DNA from: Octopus sinensis
Lineage: Eukaryota
Length of the DNA: 64,000 nucleotides
Direction of reading: 5' to 3'
Assembly: GCF_006345805.1 (NCBI RefSeq)
Contig: NC_043010.1
Coordinates: 38,254,001-38,318,000, forward strand
Shown: piece after piece, positions 38,050-51,751 of the stretch
Numbering within the stretch: position 1 is the stretch's first letter
Layout: the number at the start of each line of letters is the position of its first letter
The notes under the pieces: generated by a model
Told to the model about the DNA's origin: nothing
The model's database searches: none
The model's input: the letters and a program-made list of their open reading frames with translations, nothing else
Translations under genes and position numbers: made by a program

Positions 38050-38626
38050 TAAACACATACATACGCAAATATACATCCACACATAAACAAATATATTCAC
38101 AAAATATATATAAACAATAAGAGATTAAGCCGGAAAAAAAATCAGAGAAATAAAATAATTTTACGAAAATTGCCAATTACGGTTTTGATATACTTACTCC
38201 GAAAGATTTCCCTCTATTTTATTTCCCTATATAGAGCGATGAAAAACAAAATCAAATTCGGCAGCATTCGAACTCCGAACGTAAAGTGCTGTAACTAAAA
38301 ACCGTAGCCATAATTTATCAACATACGGAGAATTCCTTAAATATGTAACGTACGCGATTCGATGTGCAAAAGTTTATAAAATTACTACCAGTCATGTACT
38401 AAGGTCAAAATAATCGTCTGTCTACATCATCTACCCATAATTAGAAGTATAAGGTCAAGGGGTAGGGTATAATCGATAATATCGATCCAGTAAAATTCAT
38501 AAAAGTCATTTATTCATTCATTCATTCATTTTACCGACGCCAGGTGAGCGAAAGGTAAAGCTGTCTCCGACGGTATTCAGACTAATTATAATAATACAAC
38601 AGAAAATATTACATTATGCAGGTGTG

Positions 38627-38657
<31 letters not shown>

Positions 38658-39064
38658 GCGTGTGTGTATTTACACACACACACACGCGCAAATGCACACA
38701 TATATATATATGCATTTATAGTGCGCGTGTGTATGTACATATGTGTATTAAACGCATATTTAAACTGTCTCACGAAAATAAAATGACGAGGCCATAAACC
38801 AAGGTAACACTATAATTTACCGAAACAATAACCTCCAAGTATTATTTATCTGTAAATATTGGTAGACATCGTATATAAAACAAGAGGAGAGTGCTAAGAT
38901 ATTATTTACATACAATTGATGAAGATTAGGCTCTGATGCTAAGTACGGATGGCCAAACGCAATGCAATTTTCAGACGCTTTCAAGCTCGTGTATGTGTGC
39001 GCGTACACGTGTGTCGGTGTGTGTGCAGGTGTACGTTAAGGTATGTGTGTGGATGTGTGAGCAT

Positions 39065-39299
39065 CATTCTTTTATTCTTTCATTTGTTTCAGCCATTTGA
39101 CTGCGGCCCTGTTGGAGCACCGCCTTTAGTCGAACAAATCGATCCCAGGACTTATTCTTTGTAAGCCTTGTACTTACCCTATCGTTCTGTTTTGCCAAAC
39201 CGCTAAGTTACGGGAACGTAAACTCACCAACATCGGCTGTCAAGTGATAGTAGGGGGAAAAAAACACAGACACACACACACATACACACACACACACAC

Positions 39300-39333
<34 letters not shown>

Positions 39334-39516
39334 ACACACACCCATATATATACGACGGGCTTCTTTCAGTTCCCGTCCACCAAATCCACTCACAGGGCTT
39401 TGGTCGGCCCGAGGCTATAAGTAGGAGACATTTGCCCAAGGTGCCACACAGTGGGACTGAACTCGGAACCACGTGGATGGTAAGCAAGCTACTTACAACA
39501 CAGCCACTCCTGCACC
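39065..39516 (-). mobile_element. Family B SINE
   Basis: Full-length reverse-complement match with an expanded (CA)n. Confidence 0.9.
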
Positions 39517-39620
39517 TTATCTTTTCATGTTTCAGGCTTTAGACTGCGGCCACGCCGAGGCACCGCTTTGAAGAATTTTAGTCGACCGAATCGACCCCTA
39601 TACTTGCTTTAAAAAAATGT

Positions 39621-39774
39621 CTGGCGCAGGCGTGGCTATGTGGTAAGAAGCTTGCATCCCAATCACATGGTTCCGGGTTCAGCCCCACTGCGTGGCAGCT
39701 ACGGTAAGTCTCTTCTACTATAGCCTCGGGCCGACCAAAGCCTAGGTAGACGGAAACTGAAAAGAAGCCCGTCG

Positions 39775-39808
<34 letters not shown>

Positions 39809-40042
39809 TGTATGTATGTATGTATGTGTCTTTGTGTCTATGTTTGTCTCCCCACCATCACTTGACATCCGATGTTGGTGTGTTTACGTTCCCGTAATAT
39901 AGCGGTTCAGCAAAAGAGACCGATAGAATAAGTACTAGGTTTACAAAGGATAAGTCCTGGGGTCGATTTGTCCGACTAAAACGCTTCAAGATGGTGCTCC
40001 AGCCTGGTCGCAGTCAAGTGACTGAAGCAAATAGAAAATATA
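39621..40042 (+). mobile_element. Family B SINE
   Basis: ggcgcaggcgtggctatgtggtaag...gactgaagcaaatagaaaa. Confidence 0.9.
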
Positions 40043-40049
40043 AAAGAAC

Positions 40050-40395
40050 ATTTGTTCTCTCTGTGTCTTTTGCGAAGCCACTAGTTAACGGGGACGTGAA
40101 CATACCAAGACCGGTTTTCAAGCGGTGGCAGTGGAAAACACGCACACATCCACGCACACCCATACACACTCACACCCACACACATGCACGCACATACACA
40201 CTCGCACGCACACACACACACACACGCGCGCATAAACACACATACGCACGCACGCAAGACGAGCTTCTTTCAGTTTCTATCTATCAAATCTACTCACAAT
40301 GTTTTGGTCGGCCCAGAGCTCACCCAACGTGTCGCGCAGTGGAACTGAACCCTGAACCACATGTTTGTGAAGCAAACTTCTTATATTAACCATGC
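40050..40395 (-). mobile_element. Family B SINE, degenerate
   Basis: cttctttcagtttctatctatcaaatctactcac...gcagtggaactgaaccc. Confidence 0.75.
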
Positions 40396-40665
40396 CTACG
40401 CCAGTAGTTCAGAATTACATTTTGTATATCTTACTTATCGTGGATATGATGTAGAAAGTCACAAATCTCAGAAACTTGCCTAAGGTGCCACGCAGCGGGA
40501 CTGAACCTGGAACCATGTGGTTGGGAAGCAAATATCCGAAATGAAAATGACCTAACTAAAACAACACAGACGAGCCAGTGACATGTATTTGAACAACAAA
40601 GACGAATAAGAGCGTATCAAATAACATACACAATAATTCTTTTTCTTAGACGCATCTTTCCTCCC

Positions 40666-40965
40666 GTGGAGGCACATGGCCTAGTGGTTAGAGCAGCAGA
40701 CTCGCGGTCGAGTGATCGCGGGTTCAAATCGCAGACCGGGCGATTGTTTCTGAGCGAAACACCCAAGCTCTACGCGGCTCCGGCAAAAGGTAATGGCGAA
40801 CTTCTGCTGACTCTTTCGCCACAACTTTCTCTCACTCTTTCCTCCTGCATCTTGCAGCTCACCTTCGACGGACCGGCGTCCCGACCAGGTGGGGAACCTA
40901 TACGCCAAGGAAACCAGGAAACCGGCCCTATGAGCCAGGCATGGCTCGAGAAGGAACAAACAACA
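40666..40965 (+). mobile_element. Family C SINE variant
   Basis: gtggaggcacatggcctagtggttagagcagcagactcgcgg...ggttcaaatcg; different 3' tail from the 25866 copy. Confidence 0.85.
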
Positions 40966-42378
40966 ATCTTTGTTTCCAGAAAAGGTAGAATAATTGGTTG
41001 GTGTCAGTTAAGTCTAAGAAGGGGGAGATAATCTCAAGAATCAAGAGTTTTCTAAAGTTGATATGCCATTAAGGAAAAGATAGTCTTTCTGAAGACGAAG
41101 GGACAACTGTTGGAATAAGTTTCTGTCTCAATCGGCGTCATAAGCATAATGACCCACTTTGTCTTTAGTAGACGAGATACTTGAACATACGCAAAAAAGA
41201 GTAGAATACATTTTTTGTCCTTGTAATTTGCATAAGTGAAGCCAAAATAACTTAGAGTGGGTTTAATGTTCTGTATTTATTAAATTATTGATTTGTGCCC
41301 AAAAATTAATCACATTATCATAATTAGTATGTAAAACTACATTAATGAGGAAAATTTCAAAATATCGAACACTGCGAACGAAACATCAGAGTTCACACAC
41401 ACACACACACATCTCTTCCTCTCTCTGTATATCCAAACATGTGTATGTGTGTGATAAAAGACGATGAATAGACAATAACATTTCAATACTTGTTACACGT
41501 GTTTTAATAGTATGGTAATTTATTCGACTGCAGCCAATTTTTATTCCACTGACAGTTCGGTTGCCCGAGGAAATGGAAAGTAATTTCTAATTACGTATTA
41601 CGTAATGCACAAATAATGAATAAATTACAATGCTACAGAAATATATGTAGCATGTATAGAACTGTTATCCTTCAGTCATCTTTCTAATTTACATTTCTTT
41701 ATATCACGAGAAACGTAACAAATTTTACTACTGAGATTCGAGTTGCAAAGTAGCTGATATCATTAAACAACCGTTTTCAATGGTGATCTGATCGTAAAAC
41801 GAGGATATTAGATTATTGATTTATTAGCATTCCTACTGTGTTAACCGCAAGGCATTTTGCACGCTGGAAACTACCGGGCTATTGTCCACAATCGACAGAA
41901 TCTGAACCAATTGTTGTCACTTTCGAACGATGCCACCCCGCTAGTTAGACAGGAAGGCCAACATAGCCCCTGCATGGAACGCCTCTACTCAAAATTATCT
42001 GTTTTACTCACTCACTCCCATTATCTCTCTATTTTTATTCACCACATACCACTCTTACAACAACCAGTAGTTTATCTTTTTTTTTTACTATTTGAGCGAC
42101 TTCCTTTAGCCTTACACACATTTACGGAAGTAGGAACGTGGTTATAATTATGTGTGTGTGTATAAATATATGTATATATGTGTGTGTGTTAGGATATGTA
42201 GGTACATCATACATATATACACAAATGTGAATACATAAATCATCATATATATGTCTGTGTGTGTGTATATGTGTGTTTATGCATGTATGTATGTATGTAA
42301 TACTTAGTTGTGCTCATGACTTAGTATTCGCTTCTTCCATGGGTATAAGTAAGTATTTCACTTATTTCTTTGCAGTAT

Positions 42379-42439
42379 TTATCACTGATGAAGGGAAGGT
42401 TCTTATGAACTAACTCTGAAATCGGGTCCGATATGGTAA
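42379..42439 (+). ncRNA. Candidate type I hammerhead ribozyme
   Basis: ttatca-CTGATGA-aggg(aa)ggttc[ttat]gaact(aa)ctct-GAAA-tcg[ggtc]cga-T-A-tggtaa; all three stems pair. Confidence 0.6.
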
Positions 42440-42577
42440 TAACGGGATTTTTTAGAAATTTCTGTCGGCTTTCTTCGAAACGCGTGCTTGTAGTGATAAA
42501 TTATATGGTTATTGACGTTGTGTCTATTTTCGGCATATTTTGGCATTAGAAATCTTTTCTTTTGCCCTTACTTATAA

Positions 42578-42608
<31 letters not shown>

Positions 42609-42647
42609 TGTATGTATGTAGTATGTATGTGTATGTATGTATGTATA

Positions 42648-42730
42648 TCATTATTCAGTTTTATTTCAAGATTTATAACCTAGATCCAAGGCTTCTTCAT
42701 TGGAATTTCAACATCAACAGCGTATTTTTC
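42648..42730 (+). mobile_element. Family F short element embedded in (ATGT)n, copy 1 (internally deleted)
   Basis: tcattattcagttttatttcaagatt...taacctagatccaaggcttcttcattggaatttcaacatcaacag. Confidence 0.75.
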
Positions 42731-42856
42731 TATGTATTTGTGTAAATGTACAGTATTTGGAGTCAGTGTATGTGCAGATTTATATGTTTTGTTTTATGCA
42801 TGTATTCTCATGCATATGGTTGCATGTCTAGACATGCACACTCTAAAGTGATAAAC

Positions 42857-42889
<33 letters not shown>

Positions 42890-42943
42890 TGTATGTATGT
42901 ATGTATGTATGTATGTATGTATGTATGTATGTGTGTATGTATG

Positions 42944-43048
42944 TCATCGTTCAGTTTAATTTCAAGATTTGTTGCTAATAGACAGAGAGCCGGTTTCTAA
43001 CCTTGATCCAAAGCTCCTTCATTGGTATTTCAACATCAACAACAGAGT
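42944..43048 (+). mobile_element. Family F short element embedded in (ATGT)n, copy 2
   Basis: Homologous to 42648-42730 and, inverted, to 45646-45760. Confidence 0.78.
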
Positions 43049-43164
43049 ATGTATGTATGTATGTATGTTTGTTTGTTTGTATGTATGTATGTATGTATGT
43101 ATGTATGTATGTTTGTATGTATGTATGTATGTATGTATGTATGTATGTATGTATGTATGTATGT

Positions 43165-43341
43165 ATACATGCAGATGTATATGTTTTGTTTTATGTATGT
43201 ATTCTTATGCATATAGTAGCATATCTAGACATGCTCATATATATTTTATGATAAACTTCTGGAAAGTTTTACAGACTTTTACAGTTCCCGTGATGGAGTG
43301 GATCTGTAATCTTCGAATCAGGTCTCTCCTTTCTCTGTGTG

Positions 43342-43427
<86 letters not shown>

Positions 43428-43918
43428 TTTCTGAAAATCCCAGTTTATCCCAATTCCCCTTTAAGCATTTACTAGCAAATCCTAGTGCTCCAGTTATTAT
43501 TGGCATGAATATGAATATGAATTCATAGTCTGGATATAAAAGCTGGAGGCTTCGAAGCAGTTGTCCATAGATATCCTCTTTTTTTTTTTGATTTTCAAAG
43601 AGATATTTATATCTGCAGAGCAGCTGACCTCTATGACGGTACATACCTTTGCCCTTCTGTCCCAAACAACAATATTCCACCTGTTATGTTTACATTTGAC
43701 AGAAGTTTTCATGGGAATACTCCACCAGTATTCCTTAAGTTGGTGTTTATGAATTTATTACATAACAGAGGGATTTTCTAAGTTTATTTCAGGACAGTCT
43801 TTTTTTATTGCGCACACATACGGTTACATCTTGGGATTACAAAAGCGTCTTATTCACCACGTACTTTGTAATAATCTCCTGTTTCTGGATTGCAAACGCA
43901 TAGCCCTCAAAGTGTGAT
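43165..43918 (-). mobile_element. R4/Dong-type non-LTR retrotransposon 3' remnant (restriction-like endonuclease region)
   Basis: Frameshifted peptide: SHFEGYAFAIQKQEIITKY...EYWWSIPMKTSVKCKHNRWNIVVWDRRAKVCTVIEVSCSADINI...YGQLLRSLQLLYPDY..MPIITGALG...LIRRLQIHSITGTVKVCKTF. Confidence 0.82.
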
Positions 43919-44038
43919 GTATGTATGTATGTATGTATGTATGTATGTATGTATGTATGTATGTATGTATGTATGTATGCATGCATGTATGTATGTATGT
44001 ATGTATGTATGTATGCATGTATGCATGCATGTATGTAT

Positions 44039-44272
44039 GTATTTCTTTGCTACCCACAAGGGGCTAAACATAGAGGGGACAAACAAGGACAGACAAAGGG
44101 ATTAAGTCGATTACATCGACCCCAGTGCGAAACTGGTACTTTATTTATCGACCCCGAAAGGATGAAAGGCAAAGTCGACCTCGGCGGAATTTGAACTCAG
44201 AATGTAACGACAGACGAAATACTACTAAGCATTTCGCCCGGCGCGCTAACGTTTCTGACAGCTCGCCGCCTT
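44039..44272 (-). mobile_element. Family A SINE, full length
   Basis: Reverse-complement match, inserted in an (ATGT)n array. Confidence 0.92.
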
Positions 44273-44426
44273 AAATGTATGTATGTATGTATGAATGTAT
44301 GTATGTATGTATGTATGTATGTATGCATGCATGCATGCATGTATGTATGTATGTATGTATGCATGTATGTATGTATGTATGTATGTATGTATGTATGTAT
44401 GTATGTATGTATGTATGTATGTATGT

Positions 44427-44984
44427 TCAGGTCAGGTCACTTTTGAGTGCTACTGGTAACATGTAATCCAGTACAACCTGTTGCATGGTCGGGTCGTCGG
44501 CGACCAAACCGTCAACCCCACCAAGCTTGCTTGGTGAGGAGGGTGTTTATTGGTCACCCTGGGGGATGAAAAACAAAACCCGTAAAAGGGCGGAGGAACT
44601 CTTGAGATCAACGGCCATCCAATAAATATCTTAAGGCTGTATCATGTGCGGGGACATAGAAATAATCGGACTGAATACCCGATCGCGCGGTTAAACTATT
44701 GGGAGTGAAGGACTCCTAGCCTTTGTTAGGGCATTCTTCAAGGAGAAGGTAGCTCAGGAAACAGGGATAACTCAGACATAAAACCTGCGGTTTAGTGGTT
44801 ACCGATGATGTTGACTTGTTCTTATTTTCGGATTATGACTGCTGTTGCTCAGTGAGTGGGAATGACTCAGTGCACAGCCTTTCCTCACTTTAAAAAAAAA
44901 TCTTCTTGCACAGGCATTGCATGATAACAACATTGATTAAGCTTCGCGCAATAGCCATACTCGATAACGAGGGGGGCAGCCACC
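44427..44984. other. Unclassified, relatively GC-rich insertion within (ATGT)n
   Basis: Sharp composition change bounded by tatg repeats on both sides; no ORF in the supplied track. Confidence 0.4.
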
Positions 44985-45645
44985 ATGTATGTATGTTTGT
45001 ATGTCTACGCGCCTACACAAACAACATTTATCTAGTTGTAGTTGCTGTCAGTTTATTTTTGAGCGGCTTTCAGTTTCATGCTTAAACCAAAGTGGTCGTG
45101 CAATTGTCAATATCGATGTTCGGCTGCACCAGTAAACGTAATACATTTTAAGTTGCGTAACTGTTTTCTTTTCTGATGTCGGTTGCTTCCCTTAGATTAG
45201 ACGTTCCAATAACTGAAGACGGTAAAAAGCTGAAGTTCTTAAAGAGTTTAACGAAAATGTATTGTGTATTCTTTTTAGTCTTTTACCTGTATCAGTCATT
45301 TCACTGTGGCCATACTGGAGCACCACATACCACGTGTATGTATATGTTTGTTATCATTGTGTGTTACAGTAAGATAAATACGTTTAAACCGGTTGTGTTC
45401 CATGCTTATACCTTTTTGAAGTCAGGAACTTCTCTATGAAAAGTTGTCAGTTTATTAAACTCTGATACACAGCACACTCTCAACACTTATGTATGTACTG
45501 TAAATACGTATGTGTGTGTGTGTGTGTTGATATATGCATCCATACACATATGCATGCATACACACATACATCTATGCATACATGCATGTATACATACATA
45601 CATACATACATACATACATACATACATACATACATACATACATAC

Positions 45646-45760
45646 AAATAAAAATACCCTGCTGTTGATACTGAAATTCCAGTGAAGGAGCCTTGGGTCT
45701 AGGTTAGAAACCGGGTCTTTCTCTACTGGCGAGAAATCTTGAAATAAACTGAATAATGAC
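45646..45760 (-). mobile_element. Family F short element embedded in (ACAT)n, copy 3
   Basis: Reverse complement: tcattattcagtttatttcaagatttctcgccagtagagaaagacccggtttctaacctagacccaaggctccttcactggaatttc. Confidence 0.8.
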
Positions 45761-46139
45761 ATACTTACATACATACATACGTACATACATACATACATAC
45801 ATACATACATACATACATACACACACACCACAAATATACATACATACATACATACATACATACATACATACATACATACATACATACATACATACATACA
45901 TACATACATACATAGATGAGATCCTACGATGTGCTTAATCTGCAAACATTATTATACATCACCGAGCCCCCGGAAACAGCTGTTGGATTTGTAATACTTT
46001 CCCTCATCTCCTTTAATTCTCTATATCATTTGTATTCTGTGTAAGTCGGAACTTTTTATATGTATAAATTTATACTTGTCTTGTAGTTCATGTATTTATA
46101 TACTTTTCTTATTGATCTAACATGCTTATCCCTACATTT

Positions 46140-46143
46140 ACTT

Positions 46144-46201
<58 letters not shown>

Positions 46202-47476
46202 TATATATACACATACGTACATACAACACACACACACTTACACACATACACACACACATACATACATACGTACGTACATACACACACACATACATACACA
46301 CATACATACATACATACATACATACATACATAAACACATACACACACACATACACACATACATACATACACACACGCATACATATACATACATACACATA
46401 CACACATACACACATACACACATACATACACACACATACATACACACATACATACATAGATACATACATACACACATGCACATACATATACATACATACA
46501 TACATACACACACACACATGCACACATACACGCAGGCACACATACATACATACACACACACATACATACACACACATATACACACTTACACACATACACA
46601 CATACATACATACACACACATACATACATACATACACACATACACACACATACACACATACATACATACACACACGCATACATATACACACATACATACA
46701 CATACACACATACAAACATACACACGCATACGTACACACATACATACATAGATACATACACATACATATGCATACATACACACACACACGCATGCACACA
46801 TACATACATACACATACACAGACACATACACACACACATACTTACACACATACACACATACATACATACATACTACATACATACATACATACACACATAT
46901 AAACATATAAACACACATATAAGCCTCTACATTGTACATACACGCATACATATATACATACATTCACTCGCACGCACGTACACACACACGCATTCACATT
47001 TACATATATATACTATACACGCACACACACATACACACGTACAAACACACACAAACTCACATACACACCGACAGATATACATACACAATATACACCTATC
47101 CGCGCACGCACACATACACATAAACACATACAAACGCACACATACACGCACACACATACATGTACATACATACACACTCACACAAATGAACCCACACATA
47201 CATCCCTACACACACACATGCACGTACAAGCACACACGCACGCATACACTAGGTTAAGCACAGTTACTCGCCACACACCCAAACTCTACGCATACACACA
47301 CGAACATACACATGCACACACACATGATACATATACTTACACGCACACACATATACCCCTTTGTTTTTTGACCTGGTTTTGACCTGGCTGGATACAAACG
47401 AGTGCCACTCCTTTATGACAGCTAGCTTGCCATGCCAATTATTCACCATACACACACACACACACACGCACGCACG

Positions 47477-47570
<94 letters not shown>
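46140..47570. repeat. Large compound (AT)/(AC)/(ACAT) microsatellite field
   Basis: Directly visible; all ORFs in 46090-47199 are artefacts. Confidence 0.95.
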
Positions 47571-47574
<4 letters not shown>

Positions 47575-47949
47575 ATGGTCAGGGACTTTTGTGCGACTTT
47601 ACTGTATTATAACATGTTATGAAAGCGTGCAGATACGCATTCATAATATGATACAATACAGTAAAGTTGCTCTATGAAGTTGTTGTATGCCTTCTCAGGA
47701 TTCCTTAACACACTTCTTAAAGTGTCTGTTTTATAAAATGTCACTAGTCTAGGATTTACACAGTGATCATATTTCTTTGGCATAATTTGTATGTTTTTGC
47801 CTTGCTCAAATACAACTTACAGCCATGGAAAATGTTTCCTGTAGAATTTAGTCGTCGTACCTTCAATTTCCAAATATATCTAGTGTTTGGAAGTAATCCA
47901 TTTGTTTATGATTTTGAATGAGAAAGCATCGATTGAAACAATTGGCGCT

Positions 47950-48232
47950 TCGTTGATTACGACGGCGAGGGTTCCACTTGATCCGATCACCGGTGAAATT
48001 AACGAACAAACACGCATACCCTTAACGAAATTCTCGGGTACATTCAGCGTGACACAGAATATGACAAGGCTGGTCCTTTGAAATACATGTAGAACTCATT
48101 TTTACCATGCTGAGTGGATTGGAAGCAATGTAAAATAAAGTGTCTTGTTCAAGGAAGCAACGAGCCACTGAGAATCGAAGTCATAACCTTACGATCGTCA
48201 CCCGAATACTTTAATCACTAAGCCACGCGCCT
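47950..48232 (-). mobile_element. Family E SINE with the C-type tail
   Basis: ctcgggtacattcagcgtgacacagaat...aaagtgtcttgttcaagg...cactaagccacgcgccttc. Confidence 0.8.
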
Positions 48233-49590
48233 TCCCTATCGCTTGGAATAACGATGCTTATAACTGCCCTCCACTATGCCACTATAGTGTTTATCTCAGT
48301 TATCTAGAGTTTGCTTTGTGAAGATCATCTTTAATTCACAGGAAATTGCATCGGTATTGTAAGAGTAATCAGGAGGCATTAGTTTTTTTGTCTTTTGTTG
48401 TTTTGTTTTTGTCTCTGAGTGAACAATTTACTTCTGTTGGTTTAGTTGTGGTACTTGTGATTTTATATTTTCTTCTTTACCGTACAGCTATAACTTAACT
48501 TAAAATTTTCTTTATTGAATAATTTCTTACAATGATAGTTGAAAGGCAAACGTTAATTCCTTAAATCTATATATATTTAGGATTATATATATGTTTGTGT
48601 GTGTGTTAGAACTAATCTTTAACAGGAAAGAATTGAACCAGGTGATATGGCAATTTTCTTCCTCGTGTATTGGTGTCAAATAATTAGCGGTTCATTTAAT
48701 CTCATTCTTATACACTCGAGTTATTAGTGCTTTGTTGTAGTCAGTTATCGTTCATTAGCAAATTTTCTTATTCGACAAGTTAGAGATTCCTATACAAACA
48801 GCTTAGACTAGGCTTATGTAAACTATGGGTGGATGGAAAACATGTTAATATACACGATCTCTTCGTTCAGTTTTTCCATATGAAATAAAATTATATAGTT
48901 TTATATTTAAACGACTGTCTTAGTGTACAGGGTACAGCAAAAAAACTTCCCATATTTTACATAGCCATTGGTGTGACGCTAGAAACGTTAAGTGAATGAT
49001 AATGGTGTCTTCATGTAACTAGTGGTTCATTGAATTTCTTTTTATTTACCCTCATTGTTAAAACTAGTGTAATGTATGCGTTCGCTGCAGAAACATTTAT
49101 GAATGGTGAGTTTATGGTGGGATGTGCTGCATATTGTAATAGTGTATTCCGTGGAAAAACCTAATGAGCAAGTATGATCACAGGTTGTCGGCCGCGTCAT
49201 GGGTTGATGTGTGGATATCAGCGACATAATAACATATAATTTTCAAAATACTCAAAATACCAAAATAAGGCAAAGGTTAAATAAAGAAAAAAGACAAAAT
49301 ATCTATTCAAAAGTTTATAATATATTCTTTATTATTATTACTATTTATATATACAGATTAATGTTTGTGTGTCTCTACAAGGAATATATGTATGTATGTG
49401 TAGATGTACATATATATATATGTGTGTGTGTGTATACATATAGGTGAATAAGTACACATATGTATGTATTTTATATATATTTAGGTGTATTATGTGTGTG
49501 TATCTATATACAGGTGAATAAATACACACGTGTATGCATTATATATTATATAATATAATATATATATATATAATATATAATATATATATA

Positions 49591-49628
<38 letters not shown>

Positions 49629-50018
49629 ATATATATATATATGTATGTAGGTAGTATGTATGCATGTATATGTATGTGTTTATGTATGCCGTGTATACCA
49701 TGATGTCTGCAAATTTAACAGTGGCCTCAAAAGACGTTTTAAGATTCACAAAGATCAGAACTTAACTGCAGATCTTGGTGACTCAAATCGGATAGGCAAT
49801 CTATGTGAGTGTCTTTTCAATACATTGTCTGGTTTTAAAAGCCACATCAGACGCCATCATGGATCTAAGGCGTAAGTACAAGAGGTGGTCAGACTCTGCA
49901 TAAGGAGCAGACAACCACCATATATATATGTATGTATGCATGTATGGCAACTATTTATACGCTTATTACATATATTTAAAACCTCATATTGATTTGTTGT
50001 TTGTGCTTTGCATTTACT

Positions 50019-50103
<85 letters not shown>

Positions 50104-50244
50104 TTTTATATATTGTATTATATCAACTGCATTTAGTTTGTGTGTATATATGTATATATACACTTTCAAATACTTGTATTCTTTTTTTGCATTTAACTGT
50201 TATGTATTTGTGTATTAAACATCTGGCAAATAATATAAACATCA

Positions 50245-50290
<46 letters not shown>

Positions 50291-50465
50291 CAGTATTATT
50301 ATTAGTAGTAGTAGTGATTGTTGTTGTAGTATTGGTGGTGGTGGTGGTAGTAGTAGTAGTAGTCGAGCACTTGCATTAATTTCATCAATTGTTCCTATGA
50401 ACCCAAAATAATTATCATCATCATTACTTTTATTATTATTAATATTATTGTTGTTGTTGTTGTTG

Positions 50466-50504
<39 letters not shown>

Positions 50505-50854
50505 TATTACAATCATCATTATAATCAGAATTGGGAGAAAAAATATATATATATACAAAATTTTAAATAATATACAAACAGCCCCCCCTCTCACGGTGCG
50601 TGTGTGTGTGTGTGTGTGCGTGTGTGTGCGTGTGTGTGTAGTTAAGATGCCTACATTGCTACCATGTAGTTCCGGTTTCAGTCTGTCTACATCTTGGCAT
50701 ATTCGACAGGTGCCTTCTACTTTAGCCCTAGGTCGACCAATCCTTTGTGAGTGGATTTGACTGACAATCTATATGCAAGCCTGTCTTGTGTGTGTGTGTG
50801 TGTGTGAGTGTGCTTGTATATGATGTATATAATATAAACAAAAATGTGTATGTA

Positions 50855-50888
<34 letters not shown>

Positions 50889-50914
50889 TATATAATATAT
50901 TATGTATGTATATA

Positions 50915-50973
<59 letters not shown>

Positions 50974-51403
50974 ATATTATATATATATGTATGTGTGTGT
51001 GTGTGGTATATGTATTTTGTTTATCCCCCCACCGCTTGGTACCGGTGTTGTTTTCTTTACGTCTCCATAAGAAACCAATAGAATAAGTATCAGGCTTTAA
51101 AAAGTAAGCTCTCTGGTGGACTGTTCGACTAAACCCTTCGAGGCGGTGCCCCAGCATGGCTGCAATTTAGTGACTGAAACAAGTAAGATATAAAAGCTGG
51201 AAAAAAAAAGCGCAGGAAAACATACTAGAGACACACAGATTGATGGATAATGAAACAGAGAAACAGATATTTGGGTATATCGAAAATGTGATGACTTTTG
51301 GTCGATAACTAATGAGGGGTGAGCCTGTCCACGTCCTTTGTGCGTGTGTTTTCTGTTTTCCGAATGTTTTTGCGTTATCTTTTCGTGCCAAATTTTACCG
51401 TGG

Positions 51404-51434
<31 letters not shown>

Positions 51435-51703
51435 TGGCTGTGTAAGAAGCTTATTTATTTTTTTATCGTGATAGATATAAACACCTGCTCGACTTTTCTG
51501 TCTTCGTTCCATCCATTGGAACACCTAGGATTTGATAGCTGTGCTAGTTCTTTATTTATCGATTATCGATCCCGAAAAAAACATGAGAGGCAAGGTTTTA
51601 CTTAGGCAGGATATGAACAGTGTGCAGACACTTAGAGCAAATATCACAGCATATTCTACGTGACGCCTCTGTCAAGTCCGCCAACCTACCGATTGATATA
51701 TAC

Positions 51704-51751
<48 letters not shown>

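Noticed and set aside
46090-47199. Long ORFs up to 270 aa (also 2907..3617, 52833..53372, 63502..63989)
   Set aside because: Translations of microsatellites (YIHT/MYVC/IIII repeats).
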